Assembly: GCA_965216565.1 (NCBI GenBank) | Contig: OZ244170.1 | Span: forward strand, 192,001 to 256,000 | DNA from: Bythopirellula sp. | GTDB lineage: Bacteria; Planctomycetota; Planctomycetia; Pirellulales; Lacipirellulaceae | Length of the DNA: 64,000 nt | Reading direction: 5' to 3' | Shown here: piece by piece, positions 1 through 9,719 of the stretch | Layout: each line of letters opens with the position of its first letter | Position numbering within the stretch: position 1 is the first letter of the stretch | Notes under the pieces: model-generated | Told to the model about the DNA's origin: nothing | The model's input: the letters and a program-made list of their open reading frames with translations, nothing else | Databases searched by the model: none | Position numbers and translations under genes: made by a program

Positions 1-1
1 T

Positions 2-172
2 TATGCTTCGCAGTTTCCTCCCGAGAAGGAGTACATCTATCAACGGATCGAAACGCTGGCCTACCGGCTAGGCCCCGCCGCTGGGTTTGCTGCGGGTGAG
101 ATGTTTTTTAGCCCCCGACCCCTGGGTACACACGACCTGCTCGCCGCTGCGTTAGGCGAGCGGCGAGCATAG
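2..172 (+). CDS. 3' end of a probable PIG-L/BshB1-like N-acetylglucosaminyl deacetylase (partial, runs off window start)
   Basis: Frame 2 is open from the window edge: YASQFPPEKEYIYQRIETLAYRLGPAAGFAAGEMFFSPRPLG..., TAG at 170-172. The Y-x-SQF ... G-x(4-5)-GE-x-F pattern resembles the PIG-L family C-terminus. Not in the ORF track because its start is outside the window. Confidence 0.55.
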   Translation, partial: YASQFPPEKEYIYQRIETLAYRLGPAAGFAAGEMFFSPRPLGTHDLLAAALGERRA

Positions 173-196
173 GCGTGAACGTCTTGCTTCTTTGAC

Positions 197-622
197 TTAC
201 TTGGCTAGCGAGTCTCGGATCTCGCGTAGCAATGCAATTTCTTCCGGCGGAGCCTTGGGAGCTTCCTCTTCTTCTTTTTCAAATCGCTCTTTCGCTTTGT
301 TCATGGCCTTGATCGCCATAAAGATAGCGAAGGCGACGATGACAAAATCGATTGTGCTTTGCAGGAAAGGTCCCCAACTTAAATAAGGTCCAGCCGCTTC
401 TTTGGCCGCTTCGAGTGTGGCTGGCTTGTCTCCCTCACCCAGCCATAAGAATCGATCCCCAAAGTCCACGCCGCCGGTGAAATACCCAACCACTGGCATG
501 ATAATGTCGCTAACCATCGAAGAAACAATCTTGCCGAAGGCACCTCCGATGATGATACCCACCGCCATATCGACCACATTGCCCTTCATGGCAAATTCTT
601 TGAACTCTTTGAGCATACCCAT
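197..622 (-). CDS. mscL: Large-conductance mechanosensitive channel MscL
   Basis: [32 protein letters not shown] and C-terminal LLREIRDSL signatures. Confidence 0.97.
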   Translation of the reverse strand: MGMLKEFKEFAMKGNVVDMAVGIIIGGAFGKIVSSMVSDIIMPVVGYFTGGVDFGDRFLWLGEGDKPATLEAAKEAAGPYLSWGPFLQSTIDFVIVAFAIFMAIKAMNKAKERFEKEEEEAPKAPPEEIALLREIRDSLAK

Positions 623-735
623 GGTACAAACCCTCTACTAAAAAATAGAAATGAAAGAAAAGTGAAACGTATGAGTGGTGGGAAGCTAAGGAATGATTGA
701 GACGATGTCGTTCCCGCCACGAATTGCCATACGTT

Positions 736-1779
736 CTATCCTGATTTGCTCGATTGCTGCAATAGCAGTAGTAGCCGTTGCATATCAGGGGGAGGCTCTG
801 CCGAGAATTCCATCCGATCGCCCGTTAGTGGATGGGCAAAGCTCAATCGATGAGCATGCAGGGCTTGCCGGTCGAGAAGTAGGCTGTCCTCGGCGAGTTC
901 TTCTGCCAGATTGTTTAGACGTGTTATCTGTCGCAACTCTCCCACGCTGAGTTGCGCTCGGCCTGAGTAGAGACGATCACAAAGGACGGGTGCGCCAATG
1001 TGTAGAAGGTGCAATCGTATTTGATGGGTGCGCCCTGTTTTGGGTTTTGCCAGGACCAACGCGAACCCACGATATCGCTCCTGCACTTCGTAAAAAGTTT
1101 CGGCTTCTCGGCTAGTCGAGTGGCCAGCACGAATCGCCATCTTCTCCCGTTGTGAAGGGTGGGCACCAATAGGCTGGTGGATGCGATCGCGATCGCGATC
1201 GGGACAACCGCTCACAATCGCCAAGTATTCTTTGCTGACGTCTCGATTCTTGAACTGGGCGGCCAAATTCTCGTGGACCGCATCCGTCTTAGCCACCACG
1301 ATCACACCGCTCGTGTCGCGGTCGAGTCGATGGACGATGCCGGGCCGCGAGGGTCCGCCGTGCTCGCTGAGTTGGTCGAAGTGGTGGACCAGAGCGCTCG
1401 CCAACGTGCCCGACCAATGGCCTTTGGCCGGATGAACGACCATGCCGGCTGGCTTGTCGACAATGGCAATCGCTTCGTCCTCATAGAGGATTGTTAGGTC
1501 GATTGGCTCAGGCTCGGGACCGGCGGCTGGAGGAGGCGGAAGACGAAATTCGACGCGTTGACCCGCAGAGACGCGGAAGCTGGCTTTGCGAATAGTCCCA
1601 TCAACTACGGCATTACGGGAATCGATGCCTCGTTTCACTCGCACACGGCTCACATCCGGCAGGCAGTCGGACAGAAAAACGTCGAGACGCTTATTCGATT
1701 GATGGTCGGCAACTTCGAATTGCAGGGGATCGTTTTCCGCTTTCGCATCACCGGAGTTTCCAGCGTCACCCGAACTCAT
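736..1779 (-). CDS. rluD: RluA/RluD family 23S rRNA pseudouridine synthase with N-terminal S4 domain
   Basis: RLDVFL S4 domain, VDKPAGMVVHP, catalytic HRLDRDTSG, TGRTHQIR, RQALHA. Confidence 0.92.
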   Translation of the reverse strand: MSSGDAGNSGDAKAENDPLQFEVADHQSNKRLDVFLSDCLPDVSRVRVKRGIDSRNAVVDGTIRKASFRVSAGQRVEFRLPPPPAAGPEPEPIDLTILYEDEAIAIVDKPAGMVVHPAKGHWSGTLASALVHHFDQLSEHGGPSRPGIVHRLDRDTSGVIVVAKTDAVHENLAAQFKNRDVSKEYLAIVSGCPDRDRDRIHQPIGAHPSQREKMAIRAGHSTSREAETFYEVQERYRGFALVLAKPKTGRTHQIRLHLLHIGAPVLCDRLYSGRAQLSVGELRQITRLNNLAEELAEDSLLLDRQALHAHRLSFAHPLTGDRMEFSAEPPPDMQRLLLLLQQSSKSG

Positions 1780-2684
1780 TATTCAGCGTTTTCCGCTTCC
1801 TGTTCAGCATCCGATTCAGCGTCAGCGTCAGCTTTCTCTGCCGAGTCGTTGCCAGCTTCGGAGTCTGCAGACTCTTCCGATTCGAAGATTTCGTCGACTT
1901 TGGATTCCGGACTATCACCACCTTCTTCAGCGTCACGATCACCATATCGCTTATCGGAGCTGTCGCCGCCAAACCCTAGGATTTCATCCAACGAGCGCGA
2001 ATTGAAGCCGCCGCTTTCGGGAACATCCACATCAAACATCGGTTTGTTGCCCGTGGCCCCGGCACCCGCTGATTTGGGCAAATCAGCACTGGCAAGCCAG
2101 GCTAAAGCTTCTTGGACATCCGGCTTCAGCAAATTATCTGAACGTTCTTGGGCAATCATCGCAAAGTCGCCTTCGACTTTGTCATAAGACTTGCGAGCGT
2201 CATCTAGCCGATTCTGCATTTCGTATACGCGTCCCAGGCCAAAGCGAGCGCGATTCACGACCTCCGGATCGGTTGCCCCTTTGGCAAGTTCTTCGTAGAT
2301 GGCAGCTACGTTGGCCAGCCGTTCCTGGGCGGACGCGCGGTCTCGCAGATATTGAAACGTTGCCAACGCAGTTTGGCGATCGGCCCAAGTGACGTGTGCC
2401 CACTCCTGCATGACGGTGCCCTGATGTTCCTCATTCAGGGCAACGCGTTGGAGATTGACCATCTCCTGGTCGGAACTGCTAAACGCCAGAAAATAGTCGG
2501 TCCAAGCTGAGGCTTCTTTCGACTCGGCGGCATTTCCCCAAAGAGAGATGAGTATGAAAACGCCTGTGATGACCAAAGCGGCACCAAAGAGTTGGCCGGA
2601 GAAGGGCTTCACCTTCTCAATACCCTCGGCTGTGTAGCGGGCCAATTCGTTGGTTTCCAAATCGTGGCGACGTTCGGTCTTCAT
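1779..2684 (-). CDS. Membrane-anchored TPR-like protein with acidic C-terminal tail (YfgM-like hypothetical)
   Basis: MKTERRHDLETNELA N-terminus, one TM helix, TPR-like ARFGLGRVYE...LDDARKSYDKV, D/E-rich tail; 1-nt overlap with rluD start. Confidence 0.6.
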   Translation of the reverse strand: MKTERRHDLETNELARYTAEGIEKVKPFSGQLFGAALVITGVFILISLWGNAAESKEASAWTDYFLAFSSSDQEMVNLQRVALNEEHQGTVMQEWAHVTWADRQTALATFQYLRDRASAQERLANVAAIYEELAKGATDPEVVNRARFGLGRVYEMQNRLDDARKSYDKVEGDFAMIAQERSDNLLKPDVQEALAWLASADLPKSAGAGATGNKPMFDVDVPESGGFNSRSLDEILGFGGDSSDKRYGDRDAEEGGDSPESKVDEIFESEESADSEAGNDSAEKADADAESDAEQEAENAE

Positions 2685-3012
2685 ATGTATCTTTCTAGAT
2701 TCAAGCGATCCACTCGTGATAAATCACAATTCAAGATAAGAGCAGAATATTCGCGGCCTATTACCAAGCCGGTTCCCGAAGTGTAAATCTAGCACAGGCT
2801 TATCGTCAAGATAGACCCAGACGCTACCTGGGAATCGCTATTTTCAGGGGGAATCGGAATCGCCGAAAGCCCTGAGCTCGGGTTTCGCTGTCAAGTCCTT
2901 CACGGCTGAGATGCCTCAGTCTACGATCAACGCACGTCCAAAAACCACGTCTCGAAAGCCACCTTCAGAAAAGACCCACCATCCCCGGGCATGCCTTCCC
3001 GCCGTTCTCGCC

Positions 3013-4992
3013 ATGATCGACAAACTCAATCCGCCGCAACGCGATGCCGTACTTACCCTGGAAGGGCCTCTGTTGGTCCTAGCTGCTGCGGGCACGGGAA
3101 AAACGCGAGTGGTAACGCACCGGATTGCGGAATTGATTCGCCGGGGAACACCGCCCGATCGCATTCTGGCTGTCACCTTCACGCGAAAGGCCGCCCAGGA
3201 GATGCAGCAGCGTGCCGGGGCATTGCTCAAGTCGGGAAAAAAACGGGGCCAAGCGGGACCTCGGCCACAGATTTCTACCTTTCATTCTCTATGCGTGAAG
3301 ATCTTGCGTCGGCATATTGCGAAGCTCGATTACCCTCCGCAATTTGCAATCTGCGATCGGGGCGACCAAGAATCTCAAGCTCGCAGTGCGTTGCGAGAAA
3401 TTCGTTGTCCCGATCAATCGTTGAGGCCTGGTGACTTTCTGGCGATTGTTTCTCAGTGGAAAACACGAGCGCTCGATCCCGCGCGGGCGGCGTCGGTTGC
3501 CGAGACAGATAAGGAACACCTCGCTGCGGCTGCGTATCGGAGATATCAAAGTAGCTTGAAAGCCAAGGGAATGGTCGACTTTGATGACCTTCTACTCTTG
3601 GTGCAACGTCTATTCGCCAAATCGCCGGCAGTGCGGCGGGAGGAAGCGGCACGTTTCGACCAGGTGCTCATCGATGAGTATCAGGACACCAATCAAAGCC
3701 AATACCAGATCGTTAAAGGAATGGCGATGGGCCATCGCAACTTGTGCGTGGTGGGTGACGACGACCAATCGATTTATGGTTGGCGAGGAGCGGAGATTAC
3801 GCACATCCTGAGCTTCCAGAAGGACTGGCCGGATGCCAAAGTTGTTCGTCTCGAGGCCAATTATCGTAGCACTGCCGCGATTCTGAATTACGCCAATACC
3901 CTGATCGCATTCAATCGCCATCGGCACGACAAAGTGTTGCGTCCTGCACGAGCGGGGGGCCAACGACCGCGAGTTTTGCAGTTGCAAGACGAAACTGAAG
4001 AGGCACGGAAGGTTGTGGTCGACATTCAAACCCGCATGACGCGTCCTGGCGTTTCGGCCCGAGAATTTGCCATCCTCTGCCGTACCAATGAGCAACCGCG
4101 AAGCTTCGAGGCTGAGCTCCGTCGCGTGAACCTGCCCTATGTGCTGATCGGTGGGATGAGTTTTTTCGACCGTAAAGAAGTCCGGGATCTGCTTTCTTAT
4201 TTGAAGGTGATTGACAATCCCCACGACGAGTCGGCATTGCTGCGGATTATCAATACGCCTGCACGGGGAATTGGCAATTCATCAGTAAAACAATTAGTTT
4301 CCGCCGCGACCTCCAAGGGTGGGCATGTCTGGGATTTGATCACCAACAATAGTGCGCAGGGAATCGTATCGCCTGCGGCAACAAAGTCGCTGAATAAGTT
4401 CGCCCATTTGATGATGCAGCTTCGCCAGCGTGCGGAGAAGTTGGCTTTAGGCGATTTAGCGTCTCAGGTAATTGAAAGTGTTGGCTATCGTCGTGAGCTC
4501 GAGCGAATGTATCCCGACGCAAACGATCTGGCTGCGCGAACAGCCTCCTTGGAAGAAATTGTCAACGCCGCGAGCAACTATGAGCAGCATTCGCAAGAAC
4601 CGTCTTTAAGGGGGTTTCTCGATGACATCGCTTTGGGTGGACAAGACAGCAATGAAGACAAGGAGAGCCAACTGCAGGGGAATGCCATTGCGTTGATGAC
4701 GATGCACTCGGCGAAAGGCTTGGAGTTTCCGTATGTCTACATGCCGGGAATGGAGGAGGGAATCTTACCTCACAAGCGCTCAGTCGAAGCCGAGGGGGAT
4801 GCCATCGATGAAGAACGTCGGCTTTGTTATGTCGGGGTCACGCGTGCCCAGGAAGAGCTAACACTTTCGTTTGCCCTCACGCGTCGCAAATGGGGAAAGC
4901 CGCGGGAAACGGTTCCCAGCCGCTTTCTTTATGAGATGACAGGTCAGGCAGAGAATGCGCGGAAGATGCAGAGAACTCGCGGTGCGAAGTGA
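3013..4992 (+). CDS. UvrD/PcrA/Rep superfamily 1 DNA helicase
   Basis: LNPPQRDAV, Walker A AAAGTGKT, AVTFTRKAA, IDEYQDTN, VGDDDQSIYGWRGA, NYRS, TMHSAKGLEF, EERRLCYVGVTRA. ATG at 3013 preferred over the ORF-track start at 2911. Confidence 0.93.
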   Translation: MIDKLNPPQRDAVLTLEGPLLVLAAAGTGKTRVVTHRIAELIRRGTPPDRILAVTFTRKAAQEMQQRAGALLKSGKKRGQAGPRPQISTFHSLCVKILRRHIAKLDYPPQFAICDRGDQESQARSALREIRCPDQSLRPGDFLAIVSQWKTRALDPARAASVAETDKEHLAAAAYRRYQSSLKAKGMVDFDDLLLLVQRLFAKSPAVRREEAARFDQVLIDEYQDTNQSQYQIVKGMAMGHRNLCVVGDDDQSIYGWRGAEITHILSFQKDWPDAKVVRLEANYRSTAAILNYANTLIAFNRHRHDKVLRPARAGGQRPRVLQLQDETEEARKVVVDIQTRMTRPGVSAREFAILCRTNEQPRSFEAELRRVNLPYVLIGGMSFFDRKEVRDLLSYLKVIDNPHDESALLRIINTPARGIGNSSVKQLVSAATSKGGHVWDLITNNSAQGIVSPAATKSLNKFAHLMMQLRQRAEKLALGDLASQVIESVGYRRELERMYPDANDLAARTASLEEIVNAASNYEQHSQEPSLRGFLDDIALGGQDSNEDKESQLQGNAIALMTMHSAKGLEFPYVYMPGMEEGILPHKRSVEAEGDAIDEERRLCYVGVTRAQEELTLSFALTRRKWGKPRETVPSRFLYEMTGQAENARKMQRTRGAK

Positions 4993-4993
4993 A

Positions 4994-5070
4994 CCGTGTG
5001 TTGCGTGGCAACACGGCTAAGCGAAACACTCTCTAGGACATACCCAGCCGTGTTGCCACGCAACACACGG
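4994..5070. repeat. REP doublet (REPIN) downstream of the RAYT gene
   Basis: 25-bp CCGTGTGTTGCGTGGCAACACGGCT at 4994-5018 and its exact reverse complement at 5046-5070. Confidence 0.92.
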
Positions 5071-5550
5071 CTAGAGATAGATCCCCTTCTCTTCAGCGTA
5101 CTTCCACCCACTATGCGACGGTAGATAGTCAAAGACGAGATGATCGTAGTGCGAACGGTTTAGAACTTGCTTCGAGTGTCCGCCACGTGAAAACCATCTG
5201 CGTTTCCGTTGTCGATTCAAGCATTGGCTCATCGAACGACGCATCGATCGGCAGAGTCGTTTCCAAGGTCGCTTGTCCAACCAACTCGCCAGTACATGAA
5301 TGTGCGTTTTGTCCGACGCCACAGAATGTAGTCGATACCGAATAGGCAGTGCCGACTTCATTAGTTCCTCGATAATTGCGCGTTGCTGAGTTTCTCCCAA
5401 TTGTACCGTCGAATCTCTCTGTTCCTTTCGATAGCATAATGCCAACCTTGGGCTGCTTGGTTGCAAACCTCGGGACCAGTGAACATAGCCCTGTGGGCGA
5501 TCGGGAAGCCAGCTTCCGTAGGTGTGCCACGTGAAAAGATAGCAGGGCAT
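5071..5550 (-). CDS. REP-associated tyrosine transposase (RAYT/TnpA-REP, HUH Y1 family)
   Basis: YLFTWHTYGSWLPD N-terminal motif, HUH motif HIH, W-F-S-R-G-G-H segment, candidate catalytic Tyr in FDYLPSH; flanked on both sides by REP doublets. Confidence 0.85.
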   Translation of the reverse strand: MPCYLFTWHTYGSWLPDRPQGYVHWSRGLQPSSPRLALCYRKEQRDSTVQLGETQQRAIIEELMKSALPIRYRLHSVASDKTHIHVLASWLDKRPWKRLCRSMRRSMSQCLNRQRKRRWFSRGGHSKQVLNRSHYDHLVFDYLPSHSGWKYAEEKGIYL

Positions 5551-5567
5551 TGTTTTTCTCCCGAGTG

Positions 5568-5639
5568 CCGTGTGTTGCGTGGCAACACGGCTGGTGACTG
5601 TAGTTTAATTCAATAGCCGTGTTGCCACGCAACACACGG
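5568..5639. repeat. REP doublet (REPIN) upstream of the RAYT gene
   Basis: Same 25-mer at 5568-5592 and its reverse complement at 5615-5639, identical to the copies at 4994 and 5046. Confidence 0.92.
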
Positions 5640-5641
5640 CC

Positions 5642-7177
5642 TCAGCTCCAATATTGCCGGTCGAGCATGCGATAGTTGATCGCTTCGCTGATGTGTTGGA
5701 CGCCAATGGTGTCGGCCCCGTCGACGTCGGCAATAGTTCGCGCCACGCGGATCACTTTGTCGTGGGCACGAGCTGACAGACCGAGTTGATCGACACTTTG
5801 TTCTAACATCCGGCGGCACATATCATCGAGCCCGCAGATTTGTCGCAATTCGCGGGTTGTCATCTGTGCGTTGACGCGAGTGGATGAGTTACAAAACCGC
5901 GCACTTTGCAATTGCCTGGCTGTATTGACTTTCTCACGCATGGAGGAACTGTCGGTGCCGTCGGCAGCGGCAGAGAGCTCGTTAAACGGCACCGCGGGTA
6001 CCTCGATATGCAAATCGATCCGGTCGAGCAGTGGCCCACTGATTTTTGCCATATAGCGTTCGATCTGTGGAATTGAGCAATGGCACTCGCGGCGGGGATC
6101 GTTGCGGTATCCGCACGGGCAAGGATTGAGCGAAGCGATCAGCATAAAGTCGGCGGGAAAATCGGTTGATCGCAACGCTCGGCTGATGGAGACGTGACCG
6201 TCCTCCAAGGGTTGGCGAAGCACTTCTAAGGTTTGCCGGTTGAATTCAGGGAGCTCATCTAGGAATAACACGCCATTGTGAGCGAGACTAATTTCGCCAG
6301 GGGCGGGAATCGACCCACCACCAACGAGCCCGGCGTTGCTGATAGTGTGGTGCGGTGCGCGGTAGGGACGTCGGGCCAGCAAAGGCCCGCCGCCGTTGAG
6401 CTTGCCCATGGCGCTATAGATCCGCGTGGTTTCAATCGATTCTTCTGCCGCCAGACTCGGCAAGATTGAGGGCATTCGCTTCGCGAGCATGGTCTTGCCC
6501 GAACCCGGAGGACCGACCATGAGTAGGTTATGCCCACCTGCTGCGGCGAGTGTGAGCGCCCGTTTGGCCATTTCTTGGCCACGCACATCAGCAAAGTCGA
6601 TGTCGTAGCCGCCCAATTCGTTGAAGAGCTCATCGAGCCGCGAGGGTATGGGGTCGAGCGTCAATTGACCGGCGAAGAAGGCGGTGGCTTGCGTGAGGCT
6701 ATCGACGGCAATCACTTCGATTTCCTCTACGACCGCAGCTTCGGAAGCGTTTGCTGAAGGCAAGACAATGCCCCGAGCTCCCTGTCGGGCGGCAGCCATA
6801 GCCATGGATAGCGCACCCTTGATAGGACGCATGTTGCCATCGAGTGCGAGTTCACCGGCAACGGCATACTGCTCAAACAAGTCGGATTCCAACTGCCCAC
6901 TTGCGGCGAGCAACCCAAGGGCAATTGCCAAATCGAATGACGCGGCTTGTTTCGGCAACTCCGCCGGGGCAAGGTTGATCACGACTCGATTCTGCGGCCG
7001 CACATAGCCGCTATTCACTAACGCTCGTTCGATACGATGGGTACTCTCTTTGACGGCTGCTTCGGGGAGTCCCACAAGCAGCACCTTTGGCATCGCAGCG
7101 GGAGAAACATCGACCTCCACCTCCACCGGCAAAGCATCGATCCCAAGAAGTGACAAAGTGTTCAATTGCGCGAGCAT
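5642..7177 (-). CDS. comM: YifB/ComM family Mg-chelatase-like AAA+ ATPase
   Basis: VGLPEAAVKES, INLAPAELPK, GPPGSGKTMLA, RAPHHTIS, GEISLAHNGVLFLDELPEF, NPCPCG, ISGPLLDRIDL, ARTIAD. Confidence 0.93.
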   Translation of the reverse strand: MLAQLNTLSLLGIDALPVEVEVDVSPAAMPKVLLVGLPEAAVKESTHRIERALVNSGYVRPQNRVVINLAPAELPKQAASFDLAIALGLLAASGQLESDLFEQYAVAGELALDGNMRPIKGALSMAMAAARQGARGIVLPSANASEAAVVEEIEVIAVDSLTQATAFFAGQLTLDPIPSRLDELFNELGGYDIDFADVRGQEMAKRALTLAAAGGHNLLMVGPPGSGKTMLAKRMPSILPSLAAEESIETTRIYSAMGKLNGGGPLLARRPYRAPHHTISNAGLVGGGSIPAPGEISLAHNGVLFLDELPEFNRQTLEVLRQPLEDGHVSISRALRSTDFPADFMLIASLNPCPCGYRNDPRRECHCSIPQIERYMAKISGPLLDRIDLHIEVPAVPFNELSAAADGTDSSSMREKVNTARQLQSARFCNSSTRVNAQMTTRELRQICGLDDMCRRMLEQSVDQLGLSARAHDKVIRVARTIADVDGADTIGVQHISEAINYRMLDRQYWS

Positions 7178-7586
7178 GGCTTACCACCGATGGCTGGCTA
7201 CAGATTGTTGACCGCGGAAAGACCGGATTAAACGAATGTTTCGAGACTCTCGAATTGGGCTCCAATACCCGAATTCATTTAGGTGTACATATGGATACAT
7301 GCCTTGTATCAAGGTGTCAAGAATGTTTCGAGAGTATTTGTGCTGCCTAGGGTAAATCTGCTACGGATGGATCGGAGTTGTCGACCGACAAGTCGGACTG
7401 TGGGAATTCGAATTAACAGGCGGGGACAACTGAACGCTCTCTTAGGGCGGGCATTGCGGATAGAAACTTGCTTTGACGTTTACATAGATTTAGATGCCGT
7501 CGAGTAGCAATGAAGGAACTTTGTGATGATCGGGGTGCAAGATGTACAATTTGAATAAGTATCTCAACTAGCAACTAAGCAATCTC

Positions 7587-8354
7587 GTGAGTATGGAAAT
7601 GTCACTTTCATTGTTGTTAATTCTCGCCTTATTGATCGCTGTGCCAATTGCATGGCTAGTTACTGAATTCAAATGTGAGAAAGGAGTTCGGATCTGTTTA
7701 GGGTTGCTCTCAATAGGCATAATTAGCGGTGTCATGTTAGTTGCGAATAACCTGGGTAAAACGTTTAACTACAATTCCCTGTATGGATTTGCTACCAGGA
7801 ATTTAATCAGGACGTCGATTCATGAAATTGAGGATGGTAACTTAGAACAGGTTCTCAATGTTTGGCGAGGACTAGATCAGCAATACCATCCAACATATGA
7901 AAACCGGGCGAATTACAGCGAACTCGTAGAGCAAGCAGTTCGTCAAATGCGAGACGAAGCGACGGTAGAATCTGATTCCGTATGGAACGCGCCAGCCTTT
8001 TCCTTAGAAACATGGCAAGGACACTGGGTAGATGAGCAGGGGTATTGGATTGTTATTAGCCGATTTGGGCGGACCCTTGAAATTCTGCAGTCCGGTCAAC
8101 CACGTCCCAAAGTCAATTCGGTGACGGTGTCGGAGGATCATCGGGAGCTAGAGTTTCAGGAGGGCAATCGATGGCGGCACACACTCACTCTGAAGAACAA
8201 ATATGAGGCTGCATATGAGTGGTTTGATCTTGAACAGAAGAAGATTTGGCAGACCACTTCGATTCATAAGTTGAAGAGGGCTACAGACGAAGAGAAGGGA
8301 ATGACCCGAGCGAGTGAGCTGGGAAATGCGATTGGAACTTCTCCATTGGACTGA
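7587..8354 (+). CDS. Hypothetical membrane protein (two N-terminal TM helices)
   Basis: 255-aa ORF with two hydrophobic segments and a soluble C-terminal region; no family recognised. Confidence 0.6.
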   Translation: MSMEMSLSLLLILALLIAVPIAWLVTEFKCEKGVRICLGLLSIGIISGVMLVANNLGKTFNYNSLYGFATRNLIRTSIHEIEDGNLEQVLNVWRGLDQQYHPTYENRANYSELVEQAVRQMRDEATVESDSVWNAPAFSLETWQGHWVDEQGYWIVISRFGRTLEILQSGQPRPKVNSVTVSEDHRELEFQEGNRWRHTLTLKNKYEAAYEWFDLEQKKIWQTTSIHKLKRATDEEKGMTRASELGNAIGTSPLD

Positions 8355-8710
8355 GACTTATGACTCAGATTGCCCACAACCTCATCTTTTCGTGCTGCAA
8401 CTCTATCGAAGCCTTATGGATCTCCACGATCTGATGTGTCGATTCTTGAAAACCGCTGCCCTCATTTTGGGCAACTTGCCGACCCAATGGTCGCAAACTA
8501 TACTCAGGGCTTGACTTCGGGCAGGGCGAGGCGGTCCTCCAAGTCGTCTGGCGGCGGAAGTTCGAGATTTTTTGGCGAACTCCCGAACCCGGCTCCGCAG
8601 AACCCCGTAGTTGCTAGGGTATCCCTATGCGCCCGGGCTGGAATCTCGGCCGAACACGCAATCGTATCTGTAATTTATCGTTCATTCTCTCTTAGAAACC
8701 GACAAAACAC

Positions 8711-9646
8711 ATGAGCGAAGAAACCGTCATCCAAACGCGGGCCCTATCGAAGGTGTATCGCGACTTTTGGGGCCGTCAGAAAGTTCGGGCTCTGAAAGCC
8801 CTCGACTTGGAAGTTAAGCGGGGCGAAGTTTTTGGCCTGCTGGGACCCAACGGTTCGGGCAAGACTACCACGATCAAACTCATTCTGGGTTTGCTGTTTG
8901 CCACCGAGGGCGAGGCCCTGGTGTTTGGCAAGAGCGCCACCGACGTGGCCAAAAACGAGCGCATCGGCTATTTGCCGGAAGAGTCGTACCTGTATCGATT
9001 CTTGAATGCCGAAGAGACGCTAGATTTCTATGCCCGACTGTTCGACATGCCTGCTGAAACGCGTCAGCAACGGGTCGACGCGCTGATCAAACAGGTGGGG
9101 TTAGACACGGCAAGAAAACGTCAGCTGCAAGAATATTCCAAAGGTATGACCCGCCGCATCGGTTTGGCCCAGGCACTGATTAACGATCCCGACTTGATTC
9201 TGCTCGATGAGCCCACCAGTGGACTCGATCCTATCGGTACGCGGGAAATGAAAGATATGATCCTGCGGCTGAAGGAGGAAGGCAAAACCATTGTCATGTG
9301 CAGCCACCTGTTGGCGGACGTGCAGGACGTTTGCGACCGGATTGCAATTTTGCATCAAGGCGAGCTGAAGGAATTGGGTCGGGTGGAAAATCTTCTTACC
9401 GTGGCGGACGTCACGCAGATTCGAGCCAAGGGCTTGAGCGACGAGTGCCAAAATGAGATTCGCGATGTGATCTCTCGTCATCAAGGGGAGCTTCTGGAAT
9501 TGGGTAATCCCACTACTACCCTCGAAGAGCTATTCCTGACGATCGTCCGCGATAGCGAGGCCCGACCGGGCCGCAGGGCGAACGTCGAGTCAAAACCTGC
9601 CGAATCGGCCGCAAATGGATCATCCGGCAGTGAGCCTGATAAGTAG
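8711..9646 (+). CDS. ABC transporter ATP-binding protein (exporter type)
   Basis: GPNGSGKTT Walker A, YSKGM signature, [12 protein letters not shown]alker B/D-loop, SHLL. Confidence 0.93.
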   Translation: MSEETVIQTRALSKVYRDFWGRQKVRALKALDLEVKRGEVFGLLGPNGSGKTTTIKLILGLLFATEGEALVFGKSATDVAKNERIGYLPEESYLYRFLNAEETLDFYARLFDMPAETRQQRVDALIKQVGLDTARKRQLQEYSKGMTRRIGLAQALINDPDLILLDEPTSGLDPIGTREMKDMILRLKEEGKTIVMCSHLLADVQDVCDRIAILHQGELKELGRVENLLTVADVTQIRAKGLSDECQNEIRDVISRHQGELLELGNPTTTLEELFLTIVRDSEARPGRRANVESKPAESAANGSSGSEPDK

Positions 9647-9719
9647 TCCTGACGGGCGAAAGCGTCGGTGATGAACGGAATTTCCTCGGAAGAACAAATA
9701 CAGAGATCTAGATTTTTCG

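Noticed and set aside
138..169. Hairpin TGCTCGCCGCT...AGCGGCGAGCA as a REP or terminator
   Set aside because: Single copy in the window, lies inside the 3' end of the partial CDS, and has no U-tract.
4994..5639. Four identical 25-bp repeats as a mini CRISPR array
   Set aside because: They alternate in orientation, flank a HUH transposase gene, and no cas genes are present; REP doublets explain them.
5642..7177. comM as an interrupted integration target
   Set aside because: The ORF is full length (511 aa) with all motifs; the RAYT locus lies after its stop codon.
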